From assembly GCF_009914755.1 (NCBI RefSeq), contig NC_060937.1: a stretch of 64,000 nt of DNA; one strand, written 5' to 3'. Origin of the DNA: the human T2T-CHM13v2.0 reference genome, Homo sapiens. The notes under the pieces are model-generated. The model saw only the letters and a list, made by a program, of their open reading frames with translations. It made no database searches and was not told the DNA's origin. How positions within the stretch are numbered: the first letter of the stretch is position 1; each line of letters opens with the position of its first letter. Made by a program: the position numbers and the translations under genes. Below are positions 16,511 through 29,700 of the stretch, in pieces.

Positions 16511-19500
16511 ATTTTTATTTTTCATCTTATTATAATTATTTTTATTTTACTTTAAGTTCTGGGATACATGTGCAGAATGTGCTCGTTTGTTACATAGGTA
16601 TATGTGTGCCATGGTGGTTTGCTGCACCTTTACACCTGTCACCTAGGATTTAAGCCTCACATACATTAGGTGTTTGTCCTGATGCTCTCCCTCTCCCTAC
16701 TCCGCCAACAGGCCTGGGTGTGTGTTGTTCCCCTTGCTGTGTCCCTGTGTTCTCATTTTTCAACTCCCACTTATGAGTGAGAAAATTCAGTGTTTGGTTT
16801 TCTGTTCCTGTGTTAGTTTGTTGAGGATGATGGCTTCCAACTTCATCCATGTCCCTGCAAAGGACATGATCTCTTTCCTTTTTATGGCTGCATAGTATTC
16901 CGTGGTGTATATGTGCCACATTTTCTTTATGCAGTCTATCATTGATGGCCATTTGGGTTAGTTCAATGGCTTTGCTCTTGTGAATAGTGCTGCAATAAAC
17001 ATACGTGTGCATGTATCTTCATAATACAATGATCTATATTCCTTTGGGTATATACCTAGTAATGCAACTGCTGGGTCAAATGTTATTTCTGGTTCTGGAT
17101 ACTTGAGGAATCACCACACTGTCTTCCACAATGTTTGAACTAATTTACATTCCCACCAACAGTGTAAAAGCATTCCTATTTCTCCACAGGCTCACCAGCA
17201 TCTGTTGTTTCTTGACTTTTTAATAATTGCCATTCTGACTGGCATGAGATGGTATCTCACTGTGGTTTTGATTTGCATTTCTCTAATGATCAGTGATGTT
17301 GAGCTTTTGTTGGCCACATAAATGTCTTCTTTTGAGAAGTACCTGTTCATGTCCTTTACCCACTTTTTGATATGGTTTTTTAAATTGTAAATTTGTTTAA
17401 GTTCCTTGTAAATTCTGATTAGACCTTTGACAGATGGATAGATTAAAAAATTTTCTCCCATTCTGTGGGGTTCCTGTTTACTCTGATGATAGTTTATTTT
17501 GCTGTGCAGAAGCTGTTTAGTTGAATTAGATCCAGTCTGTTAATTTTAGCTTTTGTTGCAATTGCTTTTGGAAATTTCATCATAAAATCTTTACCCTCAC
17601 CTGTGTCCTGAATGGTATTGCCTAGGTTTTCTTCTAGGGTTTTTATGGTTTTTGGGTTTTACAGTTAGGTCTTTAATCCATCTTGAGTTAATTTTTATAT
17701 AAGGTGTAAGGAAGGGGTTCAGTTTCTGTTTTCTTCATATGGCTAGCCAGTTTTCCCAGCACCATTTATTAAATAGGGAATCCTGTCCCCATTGCTTGTT
17801 TTTGTCAGGTTTGTCAAAGATCAGATGGTTGTAGATGTGTGGTGTTAATTCTGAGGTCTCTATTCTGTTCCATTGGTCTATATGTCTGTTTTGGTACCAG
17901 TACCATGCTGTTTTCATTTATAGTTTGAAGTCAGGTAGCATGATGCCTCCAGCTTTGCTCTTTTTGCTTAGGATTGTCTTGGCTTTACGGGCTCTTTTTC
18001 GGTTTCATATGAACTTTAAAGTACTTTTTTTTCTAATTCTGTGAAGAATGTCAATGGTAGTTTGATGGGAATAGTGTTGAATCTGTAAACTACTTTAGGC
18101 AGTATGGCCATTTTCATGATATTGATTCTTCCTATCCACAAGGATAGAAAATTGTTCCATTTGTTTGTGTCCTCTCTTATTTCCTTGAGCAATGGTTTGT
18201 AGTTCTCCTTGAAGAGGTCCTTCACGTCCCTCGTAAGCTGTATTCCTAGGTGTTTTATTCTCTTTATAGCAGTTATGAAAGGGAGTTCATTCATGATTTG
18301 GTTCTCTGCTTGTCTGTTGTTGGTGTATAGGAATGCTTGTGATTTTTGCACTTTGATTTTGTACCCTGAGACTGCCGAAGTTGCTTATCAGCTTAAGGTG
18401 CTTTTGGGCTGAGATGATGGAGTTTTCTAAATATAAGATCATGTCATCTGTAAAGAGAGACAACTTGACTTCCTCTCTTCCTATTTGAATACCCTTTATT
18501 TCTTTCTCTTGCCTGATTGCCCTGGCCAGAACTTCCAATACTATGTTGAATAGGAGTGGTAAGAGAGGGCATCCTTGTCTTGTGCTGGTTTTCAAAGGGA
18601 ATGCTTCCAGCTTTTGCCCATTCAGTATGATCTTTACTGTGGGTTTGTCATAAATAGCTCTTACTATTTTGAGATATGTTCCATCAATAACTAGTTTATT
18701 GAGAGTTTTTAACATGAAGGGATGTTGAATTTTATCGAAGGCCTTTTCTGCATCTATGGAGATAATCATGTGATTTTTGTCATTGGTTCTGTTTATGTGA
18801 TGAATTATGTTTATTGATTTGTGTATGTTGAACCAGCCTTCAATCCCAGGGATGAAGCCGACTTGATCACGATGGATAAGCTTTTTGATGTACTGCTGGA
18901 TTCAGCTTGCCAGTATTTTATTGAGGATTTTCACATCGATGTTCATCAGGGATATTGACCTCAAGTTATCTTTTATTGTTGTGTCTTTGCCAGGCTTTGG
19001 TATCAGGATGATGCTGGCCTCATAAAATGAGTTAGAGAGGATTCCCTCCTTTTCAGTTGTTTGGAATAGTTTCAGAAGGAATGGTACCAGGTCCTCTTTG
19101 TACTGCTGATAGAATTCAGCTGTGAATCTGTCTGATCCTTGGCTTTTTTTCGGTTGGTGGCTATTTATTACTGCCTCAATTTCAGAACTGGTTATTGGTC
19201 TAGTCAGGGATTTGACTTCTTCCTAGTTTAGTCTTGAGAGGGTGTATGTATCCAGGAATTTATTCATTTCTTCTAAATTTTCTAGTTTATTTGTGTAGAG
19301 GTGTTTATGGTATTCTCTGATGGTAGTTTGTATTTCTGTGGGATCAGTGGTGATATCCCGTTTATCATTTTTTATTGTGTCTATTTGATTCTTCTCTCTT
19401 TTCTTCTTTATTAGTCTAGCTAGTGGTCTATTTAATTAAGTTTTTCAAAAAACCATCTCCTGGATTCATTGATTCTTTGAAGGGATTTTCATGTGTCTGT

Positions 19501-22365
19501 CTCCTTCAGTTCTGCTCTGATCTTAGTTATTTCTTGTCTTCTGCTAGCTTTTGAATTTGTTTGCTCTTGCTTCTCTAGTTCTTTTAATTGTGAGGTTAGG
19601 GTGTCGATTTGAAATATTTCTAGCTTTCTGATATGGACGTTTAGTGCTATAAATGTCCCTCTTAACACTGCTTTAGCTGTATCCCAGAGCTTCTAGTATA
19701 TTGCCTCCTTGTTCCCATTGTTTTCAAATAATTTCTTGATTTCTGCCTTAATTTCATTATTTACCCAGGAGTCATTCAGGAGCAGGTTGTTCAATTTCCA
19801 TGTAGCTGTGTGGTTTTCAGTGAGTTTCTTATCCTGAGTTCTAATTTGAATGTACTGTGGTCTGAGAGAGTGCTTGTTATGATTTCAGTTATTTTGCATT
19901 TCCTGAGGAGTGTTTTACTTCCAATTATGTGGTCACTTTTAGAATAAGTGCCATGTGGCTCTAAGAAGAATGTATATTCTGTTGATTTGGGGTAGAGAGT
20001 TCTGTAGATGTCTACTAGGTCCACTTGATCCAGAGCAGAGTTCAAGTCTTGAATATCCTTGTTAAATTTCTGTCTCATTGATCTGTCTAATATAGGCAGT
20101 GGGGTTTTAAAATCTCCCACTATTATTGTGCAGGAGTCTAACTCTCTGTGTGGGTCTCTTAAGAACTTGTTTATAAATCTGAGTGTTCCTGTAGTGGGTG
20201 CATATATATTTAGGATAGTTAGCCCTTCTTGTTGTATTGATCCCTTTACCATTATGTCATGCACTTCTTTGTCTTTTTTGATCTTGTTGGCTTAAAATCT
20301 GTTTTGTCAGAGACTAGGATTGCCACCCCTGCTTTTTTCTGCTTTCCATTTGCTTGATAAATATTCCTCCATCCCTTTACTTTGAGCCTATGTGTGTCTT
20401 TGCCTGTCAGATGGGTCTCTTGAATACAGCATACAGTTGGGACTTGGCTCTTTATCCAATTTGCCAGTCTGTGTCTTTTAATTGGGACATTTAGCCCATT
20501 TACATTTAAGTTTAATATTGTTATGTGTGAATTTGATGCTGTCATCATGATGCTAGCTGGTTATTTTGCACACTAGTTGATGCAGTTTCTTTTTAGTGTC
20601 ATTGGTCTTTATATTTTGCTGTGTTTTTGCAGTGGCTGGTACCAGTTTTTCCCTTCCATATTTAGAGTTTCCTTCAGGAGCTCTTGCAAGGCAGGCCTGG
20701 TGGCAACAAATTCCCTCAGCATTTGCTTGGCTGAAAAGGATTTTATTTCTCCTTTGGTTCTGAAGTTTAGTTTGGGCAGATATATGAAATTCTTTTCTTT
20801 AAGAATGTTGAATACTGGCCCCCATTCTCTTTTGGCTTGTAAGATTTCTGCTGAGGTATCTGCTGTTAGCGTGATGGGCTTCCTATTGTAGGTGACCTGG
20901 CCTTTCTTTCTGGCTGCCCTTAACATTTTTTCCTTCATTTCAACCTTGCAGTATCTGATGATTTTGTGTCTTGAGGTTGATCTTCTCGTGGAGTATCTTA
21001 GTGGGATTCTCTGCATTTTCTGAATTTGAATTTTGGCCTTTCTTACTAGTTTGGGGAAGTTCTCCTGGATAACATCCTGAAGTGTGTTTTCCAACTTGGT
21101 TCCATGCTCTCCCTCTCTTTCAGGTACTCTAATCAGTCATAAGTTCAGTCTTTTACATAGTCCAATATTTCTCAAAGGTTTTGTTTGTTCATTTTCATTC
21201 TTTCTTCTCTAATCTTGTCTGCCTGCATTATTTCAGCAAGATAGTCTTCAATCTCTGATAACCTTTCTTCCTCTTGATCAATTCAGCTATTGATACTTCT
21301 GTATGCTTCACAAACTTCTAGTGCTGTTTTTCAGCTCCATCAGGTCATTTATGTTCCTCTCTAAACTGGTTATTCTAGTTAGCAGTGCCGGTAACCTTCT
21401 TTTACCAAGGTTCTTAGCTTCTTTGCATTGGGTTAGAACATGCCCCTTTTCTTCAGCAAAGTTTGTTATTACTCACCTTCTGAAGCCTACTTCTGTCAAT
21501 TCATCCATCTCATCCTCCCTCCAGTTCTGCACCCGTGCTGGAAAGATGTTGTGATCATTTGGAGAAGAGATTTTCAGCATTTTTTCATTGATTCTCATCT
21601 TCATAGTTTGTCTAGTTTTGATCTTTGAGACTGCTGACCCTTGGATGAGGTTTTTGTGGGGCATTTTTTGTTGATGTTATTGTTGTCCCTTTCTGTTTGC
21701 TTGTTTTTCTTTCAGTAGTCAGGTCCCTCTTCTGTAGGGCTGCTGCTGTTTTCTGGGGGTTCGCTTCAGGTGCTATTCATCTGGTTCAATCCCATGCCTG
21801 GAGATGCCACTCAAGGAGACTGGAGTTGAGTGCCTGCTCCTTCCTCTTGGATATCTGACCTTGAGGGTCACTGACCTGATGTCAGTAGGAACACTCCTAT
21901 ATAGGGTGTCTGGCAACCCCTCTTGGGAAGGTCTCACCCAATTGGGTGGCACAGGAAGCAGGACCCATTTAACTAAGCACTTTGGCTGTCCCTTGGTGGA
22001 GGGGGTGTGCTGCACTGGGGGAAAACCCACTCATCTGGACTGCCAGGATTCCACAGAGCTAGGAGGAGGAAAGACTAAGTCTGCTGGTCTGTGGAGAATA
22101 TGGCCACTCCTCCCCCCTAGGGGCTCAGGCCCAGGGAGATCAGAGTTCTGTCCCTGAACCCCTCGCTGGAGTTTTTGAAGTTCCTTCAGGGAGGCCCCAC
22201 CCAATGAGGAGGAATGGGTCAGTGTCCAGCCTGAAGAAGCAATCTGGCTACGGACTGCCACAGCCGGTGTGCTGGGCTGTGGGGAATACCTCTTGGGGCC
22301 AAGTTGTCCAGTCTCCCTGGCTCCAGCAGGGGAAAAGCGTGGCCTGGAGGTATAGTGATGGCTGG
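16511..22365 (-). mobile_element. Near-full-length L1PA7/8-type LINE-1, 5'UTR partly truncated, ORFs disrupted
   Basis: Antisense ORF2 and ORF1 fragments (20252-20548 MMTASNSHITILNLN, 20609-21094 ORF1); 3' motif ctaggatttaagcctcacatacattagg; probable TSD t(t/c)ttaca(a/c)attt at 16499-16510 and 22366-22377. Confidence 0.93.
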
Positions 22366-22449
22366 TCTTACACATTTAAAAGGTGGAAATGGTTATTTCT
22401 ATGTGCTATGCTGATAATAGTTTTCTACATTTTTCTCTATTTCCTGATA

Positions 22450-22718
22450 CATGTTGAGTATCTCTAATTCAAAAATTTACAATTCAAAATGCTCCAAAAT
22501 CTGAAACTTTTTAAGCCCCCACAAGTGCTAAATTTCACACATTAGTGCTTAACAAAAACCATTTCATGCAGAAAATTATTTAAAATACTGTATAAAGTTC
22601 CCTTCAGGCTACGTGTATAAGGCGCATATAAACATAAATGAATTTTGTGTTTACACTTGGGTCATCTCCCCAACATATCTATCTATCTATCTATCTGTCT
22701 ATCTATATATATATATAG

Positions 22719-22751
<33 letters not shown>

Positions 22752-22826
22752 TATTTTCTAAAATTAAAAAAAAAGTCATAAACATTTTCTAGTCTCAAGC
22801 ATTTTGGATAAGGGATACTCAACCCA
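22450..22826. mobile_element. Tigger4/MER46-type DNA transposon (TcMar-Tigger)
   Basis: Terminal inverted repeats catgttgagtatctct...agggatactcaaccca with TA on both sides; aaatgctccaaaatctgaaacttttt motif. Confidence 0.8.
22676..22750. repeat. Compound microsatellite (ATCT)n(AT)n(AC)n
   Basis: Directly visible. Confidence 0.95.
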
Positions 22827-22828
22827 TA

Positions 22829-23232
22829 GTTTGTAGATTGCATCAAGGGGCTTCCTTGAATATGGCTTTCAGTTGGGTTCCACAAATAAGAAGTATGAAC
22901 AGGAAATGAAGGGTCAGACGGAGACGGTGAGTTTGAGGTATTTATTCCGCCTGCTCTCTTCTTACTGGGTTGCTAAAACTTGATCCTGTCCATCTGCTGA
23001 AAGTCACAGCTCCTATCAGGTGGCACTCTCTTAGCTACACTTTCACTGTTCTGGCATCACCATCTCCCTGTGCCCCGTCAGGATATGCATGGGGACCCAC
23101 CATTGCTAGCCTCAGGGTACTACACTAACCTTTAGTTTCCCTTACTTCTTTGCAAATGGTACTTTATTAAACTTCTGTCAATTTTCTCATGTGACTGCAC
23201 CATCTGTGTCTTGTAAGGGTTTCTAACTGATA
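22829..23232 (+). mobile_element. LTR33-type ERVL LTR (5'-truncated)
   Basis: ggtatttattccgcc, gtcacagctcctatcaggtggc, tttattaaact polyA-like signal and end ctaactgata match the LTR33 consensus as remembered. Confidence 0.7.
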
Positions 23233-25130
23233 TAGTACTTTTCAGCAGAAAGGTCCTCAAAATATAACCCTTAAAATGGGATTCTAAATTGAGTTTCTTA
23301 CAGGATCAACAAAGATAGGGATAATCTCATTGCTGGGTGGGATGAGACGCTGCTAATTCATGGCATGCAGTGACATTGATTATTCATAGAAGCATTTCCA
23401 TAGGAAGAAGTGCTGGTGGACATCAAGGCATCAGGAGTTCGAGTTGTTTTGGCAATAATGGTAATTATGGTAGAAAGGGCAGAGAGCTAATGCTGCTGGC
23501 TGTAGAGACTGTATCCAAGGAAGAAGACACATTGATTGCCTTCAATGACTGGCTTGTAACGTGGTGGTGGTGGGAGGTAGAAGTGTACTCTATTATGCCT
23601 ATGAAGGACTCCCTCACACTGGAGTTGCAGGGTTGCAGAGATGTGTTGCTTAACCCTGTCAGGTTGCTTAGGTGATGGTTTGGGAACAGATGGAGCAAAA
23701 GAGGGATCTTGAGATGTTGGAGGAAGACCACTGAGCACACGCAAAGAAGCTGAGCTCTTCAAAACCCCTAATCCCTCAGATCACCTTGCCGGTTAGGGCA
23801 GTTCCTCCACTTAATCAGAGGAAAGAAGTTTCTCCCAGACACAAACCTCCCTCAGTAGCTGTTTCTGGGGTGACTGCCTGACAAGTGATGGCAGTTGTCT
23901 CCAGGAGTCATCCACAATTCCTCCCTGAATGCAGGTTCATAGAATCATGTCCCAGAAGATCCCAGACTTGAGAGTATGAAGCCAAGTCCTGCTAAGAATT
24001 TCGGGACTTCCCAAGTTGTACCAGTAGGAATCGGCAGAGCAAGGTGGGAATCGATTCTTGGGTATTACACCAAGAAGGATAAACTCTTGTGCTAAATTAC
24101 CTAAGATTTGGGATATAATGCATTGATCTAAGCCCTTGGGGGAAATTGAGTTGGCTCATGATTGCCTGGACTTAATGGTGGCTTATGATCAATGATGTGC
24201 AATGCTGGAACTCCCCTGACACACTGTGGAGAAAGATGTCTGAGGGCTCAGGAAGTGGAAGGTGTTGGATTGGATGGATTATGTGCATGCTTCTCAACTC
24301 CCCTATCGGTTTCTAAAATGGCTCGGAAAGCACTCCCTTCTCACCATTAAGAAAAGTATTAGGAGGAGGGGGAGAAAAGGCTCTGTGGTGGTGCCCTCTC
24401 CACGCCAGAGGGGATGCTGGAGGATTAAGCCAGACACACACTATGATCTCTATGAGAATAACACATTCTGGTGTAGAAGTCAGAGCCCAAGTGGTGCAAT
24501 TACCACAATAAGCCCCAGGGATGGGCTCATAATCTGACATTTTGATATACAGCGTTCTGTAGTGGTAAAATAGCGGGGCAACCTACCAAGTTGTTGCTTA
24601 ACACACATGTTTTTGAGATGTGATGGGCAGAAACATTATTTGAGGCACTATATAGAAAATTCACATCATCTTACCTGGTCCTGAGTGGACACAGTTGAAA
24701 CACAAAGCACCTGGAATGAGAAGGAAGGCAGATCCAGGTCCCTGGGAGGAAGAGCCCTCAGTGCAGGTATAGGTAGATATGTTCTGGAGCTTCCTGGCAC
24801 CTTTCCTGGAGGAATCTGCTGCCATTTGCCAGGATGCACTGAGGAAAGGGAATAACAGGTCTTTCTGGGGGTTATTCTTATGGGACTTTAAGGGACAGAA
24901 ACTCCTGGAGACCCACAAAACCACTGTGGCTCCCCAGTCAGCATGGAATCTTGGCCTGAGTCAACTTATCTCTGAATGCAGTGTGCCTGTAGCCCCATCT
25001 CTGTCATAATGTTATCTGAAAGGCCCTGATTGTCCTGATGTGCCACTGAACATCGCAGTGGTCCATTCTCTGCGTGACAATTTGCTAAGTGGACACAGGC
25101 CTAAGAAGTCCATCAAACATGATGCTAGGA
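23233..25130 (+). mobile_element. Degenerate ERVL internal sequence (ERV3-16A3/HERV16-like) attached to LTR33
   Basis: Begins directly after the LTR with aaccc..aaaatgggattct; GC-richer retroviral-like sequence without long ORFs. Confidence 0.55.
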
Positions 25131-25216
25131 GCTAAGACCCTTGCACTATCTATTCTCTGCAAGGGTGTTTTCCACACCACCATGCCCTTCAAATAGCTAT
25201 ATGGCAAACTCCTGAC

Positions 25217-25919
25217 TGTCATGAGCCGTGCAAGTTTAGAGATAACCAGGTCCATGCATGTTTGTGTCTTTTTGCAATGCCAGGCTTTTATTGATGCTAT
25301 TTCAATCACAAAAGCCATGAGCTACAATGGAGTTCCCAAGGAGGCAATTCTCTTTAATCCTTCCCATTTACTTAGTAGACACAGCCTTGGGCTCACAGGC
25401 TCAAGCCACTCCACAAGTCAGTCAATAATGCAAACCATACATAATAATATACTTAATATACAAATGTTATAGGTTAAACATTCAACGACAAAGTAACATT
25501 TAACATCAAGAGGAAAAAGAGATAGGAGAAAGGGTTAATGAATCAGTCCAGAGGGAGTGAAGAAGACAAAAGGAGTTCTGGTCTAGGCCGGGCGGATGGT
25601 CTCAGGTCTTGCAAGGAAGAATTGTTAATGGGGCAGAGCCTTCTGTGGCAGACGCCAAGTTCTTATCATGAGTGACTGCAAGATGGTATCAGTTAAGGGG
25701 GCCATTTCGAGCTGCTGGAGGCCTGCTCTTTTACAGTCACAGAGTCTTCTGGTGAGTACTGATAGTGGAAAAGTCTGCTTGTTGGTGTCCTTATCTGGTT
25801 GGATGCAGTCTTTTTTTAAATTTGTTTATTAAGCAAAACATCATATTCTTGTTGGCAAAGCACTGTGAGATATAAAATGGACTCTTTTCTAAGATGAAGT
25901 TATTTCAAGGGTACCATAT
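25217..25919 (-). mobile_element. Solo LTR, probably ERV1 class, inserted in an L2 fragment
   Basis: Starts tgtcatg; minus-strand AATAAA at 25287-25292; other end aaaatggactcttttctaagatgaagttat. L2-like sequence on both sides (cttgcactatctattc..., aagtctttacttgaatat...ctatttaaaac). Confidence 0.6.
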
Positions 25920-26187
25920 ATACTCACCTTAAGTCTTTACTTGAATATTTCTTTTCCAAAAACATTTCCCTAACTAGCCTATTTAAAACTCTATTTCATA
26001 TTACATGCATATAAGTGGAGGCTCATGTAGGGATGGGGAAGAGGGAAAATATTAAAATGAGATTAGAGAGAGACTTTGTGTAAACTGATACCAATAGTAC
26101 ACTATAAATTGTGAAATATTATTTACCTAATTCTTTTCATCTGAAGTCCAAGTAAGAAAAAATATTTCTAAAATAATCATGTGTTCT

Positions 26188-26395
26188 TGGACACAGAGTG
26201 GGGAACATCACACACCGGGGCCTATTGTGGGGTGGGGGGAGGGGGAGGGATAGCATTGGGAAATATACCTAATGTAAATGACAAGTTAACGGGTGCAGCA
26301 CACCAACATGGCATGTGTATACATATGTAACAAGCCTGCATGTTGTGCACATGTACCCTAGAACTTAAAGTATAATTAAAAATTAAAAATAAAAT
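26188..26395 (+). mobile_element. L1PA5-type 3' end, 5'-truncated
   Basis: L1 3'UTR plus tail; 18-bp TSD aaaataatcatgtgttct at 26170-26187 and 26396-26413. Confidence 0.92.
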
Positions 26396-26405
26396 AAAAT
26401 AATCA

Positions 26406-26737
26406 TGTGTTCTCATTTTTCAACTCTCATTTGTGAGTGAGAACATGTGGTGTTTGGTGTTCTGTTCCTATGTTAGTTTCCTGAGAATGATGGCTTCCAG
26501 CTTCATCCATGTCCCTGCACAGACACATGGAGGGAAACATCACACTCTGGGGCCTGTCGGGGGTCGGGGGCAAGGGAAGGGAGGGCATTAGGACAAACAC
26601 CTAATGCATGCTGGACTTAAAACCTAGATGACAGGTTGATAGGTGCAGCAAACCACCATGGCACATGTATACCTATGTAACAAACCTGCACGTTCTGCAC
26701 ATGTATCCCGGTACTTAAAGTAAAATAAAAATAAATA
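26406..26737 (+). mobile_element. L1PA7-type 3' end with 5' inversion (twin priming)
   Basis: Antisense segment about 26406-26519, then sense segment 26520-tail; TSD aaaataatca also at 26738-26747. Confidence 0.88.
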
Positions 26738-29700
26738 AAAATAATCAAACATTGTATTATATAATTTTGTATGGTCTATTTTAGACATGCATAGACACCT
26801 ATGTATTAAAAGTATACATATATGTGCTTACAATCTTTAAGAACATTAATGTCTTTGGGAAAAGTGAGAAAGGAAGAAATGGCAGGTGGCCGTTTCAGTA
26901 AATTAGGTATATTTACAGCAAGTGTATGAAAATCTTAATATCTCTTCTGTCTTCATGGTGAATACATAGATACTTCATATAGTTTTCCATATTTTTATCT
27001 AAGTTTCATTAGGTACTTTTTTTTTTTAAGTAAGGCAAAAAGTAGTAGCAGATGAGACAGGAGAAACAGCAAGATGCAGCCCTCGGACAGCTCTGTCCTC
27101 TACTCCAGCAGGTGTAGACTTTGTCGTAGCAGAAAAGGCAGGGTGCTGAAATGTCTCCCAGTAATGAGCAACAAACAGTGTCTCCATATACAGGCATGAA
27201 TGTGGCTATCATGGAAGAGTGGAAGAGGGAGTCCTGTGGGAAGGCAGTGAGAATGAATGCCTGGGAGGTGCAGTCATCGGGAAGCAGAGAAACAGCAAGT
27301 CAGAAACAGCATCCTCACTTTGTGTGTGTGGCATGCCATGGCATAATTCAGTACAGGAAGGAGTGCTGGAGTGGTGGCATCTGCATGCAGCCTGTGTCCC
27401 TGCTCTAGCAAAATGTGGAGTCCTTTCACCAAATTGCATGTCCACTATCACAGAGCAAAATGGGGTAGAGGACAATCATGAGAGTCCAGGAGATATCACT
27501 TCTCATTGTATCTAAATAATAAAAAAGTAATCCTGATTTGCAAAATTTGGGGAGAAATTTTTTTTAATTGCTGGTCAAAACCTACAAAATGTATAGTTAA
27601 CATTTTCCCTCAGAGTGGGGCAACACATGCATTGCACTTTCTTCAAACTGCACACACCAAATTGAACAAGCTTTGTAAATAAATCTCTATATAGTTAATG
27701 CAAACTTTTTTTTATCAAGTCACCATCCTGGGTCTTGACTTATACATTCCTTAAAGTAGAATAAAAGTATAGCAAAAATATGCATACTTAGGAATGCAAA
27801 AATTGTAATAAGTAATGGAAAAGTAAAATCAAAGTAGTGTCCCCACAGTTTCAAAAGATAGGTTTGGTAACCTTAAGTGAATAAATGTCAAGGAAAATAC
27901 TGATTCATGCCATAATAATCACATGGAAGAGTCAGGCCAATTTTCCAAAGTGGGCTATGAAGTTCCAGTTTTTATAACACATTAGGAACCTTAATTTTAT
28001 CTATCTTTCTTGAATTTTATACACATACTTCACAAAAATAGAAAATTTAATACGTAGAAAGCATACATGTGTATGTATTTTGATGATACACGCAAGAGCT
28101 TGGTTTATAATCTATGCATATATAAACACCAAAAATGTTGGTACAGTGTTTTAATTAACCCATGGGTCACCAAGGACAAACAAAAGTCTAGAGGGAAGTG
28201 ACAGAGATAAATTGAATCCTTTACACCTCACTATATTCTGCTGGTGAAAATCAAATGCTCAAGGCTGACATCCTCTACAGGAACCTGTTTCTGTACTTCC
28301 TCCTCTGGAAGCACTATGGGTCAGCATATTTCATCATGCACCTCCCCCCACAAAAAAAGCAATAAACATCTTTGAAACATTAACTCATTCCTATGATTCA
28401 TAACTTTTTGAGTAGGAGGAAAGAAAAAACATCACATTAAAAAAGTCTTATTTTTTGTCCTGAAGATCCCAAAGCTCAGATTATGTTTTCAGCATTTGGG
28501 AACAAATTAGAAACTCTGTAGGTTCTAAAGCATTGGCTAATCTCTACTTGTACCTGAAGGCAGAGTAAGAAGTATGAGAAGAACACAAATAATTGATACT
28601 CACAAGTTGGTCCTCAGAGCCCCTCTATAGAGGCCCCTCCCTCATGAGCCACTGCCAGGCAAAGCCACAAGGTCATTTTACAGGTATAAAATGATTCTTA
28701 GAGGTGATGGCCTTGTGTCTGTGTTCATATCACCAGCAGGGCCTGGCTGTGGTTTGAAAGCACCCAGTCTGCAGAGCTTTGGGAACCCACTCCCGATGCC
28801 CAGAACCTGGTGTCCCCATAGGGGGCACCTCTGGATCCAACCTCATGGGAAGCCATGGCTTAAAAGCAGGGAATTACTCTTTGTGCTGGAGTGTCAGAGG
28901 AGGAACACAGTAGCAAAAGGAGAATGGCACAGACTCAGACACTAGGCCAGCCACTGTCATCACCCCAGGACAGAGTTAGGGGAATGGCAGCTCTCCTGAT
29001 GCTCTGTTCCTACCCTTCTCCCATCTTCGGTACACACAGGAGCAGCCCGTACCTTCTTCCTTTGAGCTGTGTGCTCTGAAGATCTGCACTACGCTCAAGC
29101 TGTGCTGCATAGATGAGCCCGCTGAAACATGCCTTGTAGCCTCAACTCGTCTTCTCGTCTCCTGGATGAAGATAACTGGACTTCTGCACATGGGTGTTGA
29201 GATGCTGGCTTCAGGTAAGGCGTGTCCTGTGCTCATCACTCCTTACGGGTCGATAACTGGCTCGATAGAAAGGCTTCTTGGTGGTTGTCACTCTTCCGTG
29301 ACATAAAACAGCATGTGCCAACTTGTTCCCTGCATCAACCTTGCAGAGCTGGCTTCCTAACAGCCCCCCTGGAACTCCTGTGACCCCCACAAGCAGTCTT
29401 TAAATCCTTTTTCATTGGAGAGGAGTCAAATTGAAAGTCTAAGGGAAGAGGCAAAAATGGGTTGTCTGAGTGGCTCTTTCATTTATTCTGGGTGTATTTG
29501 CATAGCAATATGTTTGTCCCAGAAATCAAACCGTCTTCTTTTCAAGGGAACAAAACCAAACAAAGCAAAATAACACAAAACTTTAAAATCATCTAGAAGC
29601 CCAGTTGAGCATGAAATGGACGTTGGGAAGGACATCAATAATTGTAAGAAGTGTTGCAAATGATCCAGAACTGGCATGTGGATTAAGCTAAAACTATTAT

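Noticed and set aside
23370-25009. Short ORFs inside the ERVL remnant as a domesticated gag/pol gene
   Set aside because: All are about 100 aa or shorter, in mixed frames, with no intact retroviral motif visible.
25915-25935. Minus-strand donor AAG|GTGAGT
   Set aside because: Lies in an L2 remnant at an LTR edge with no matching acceptor.
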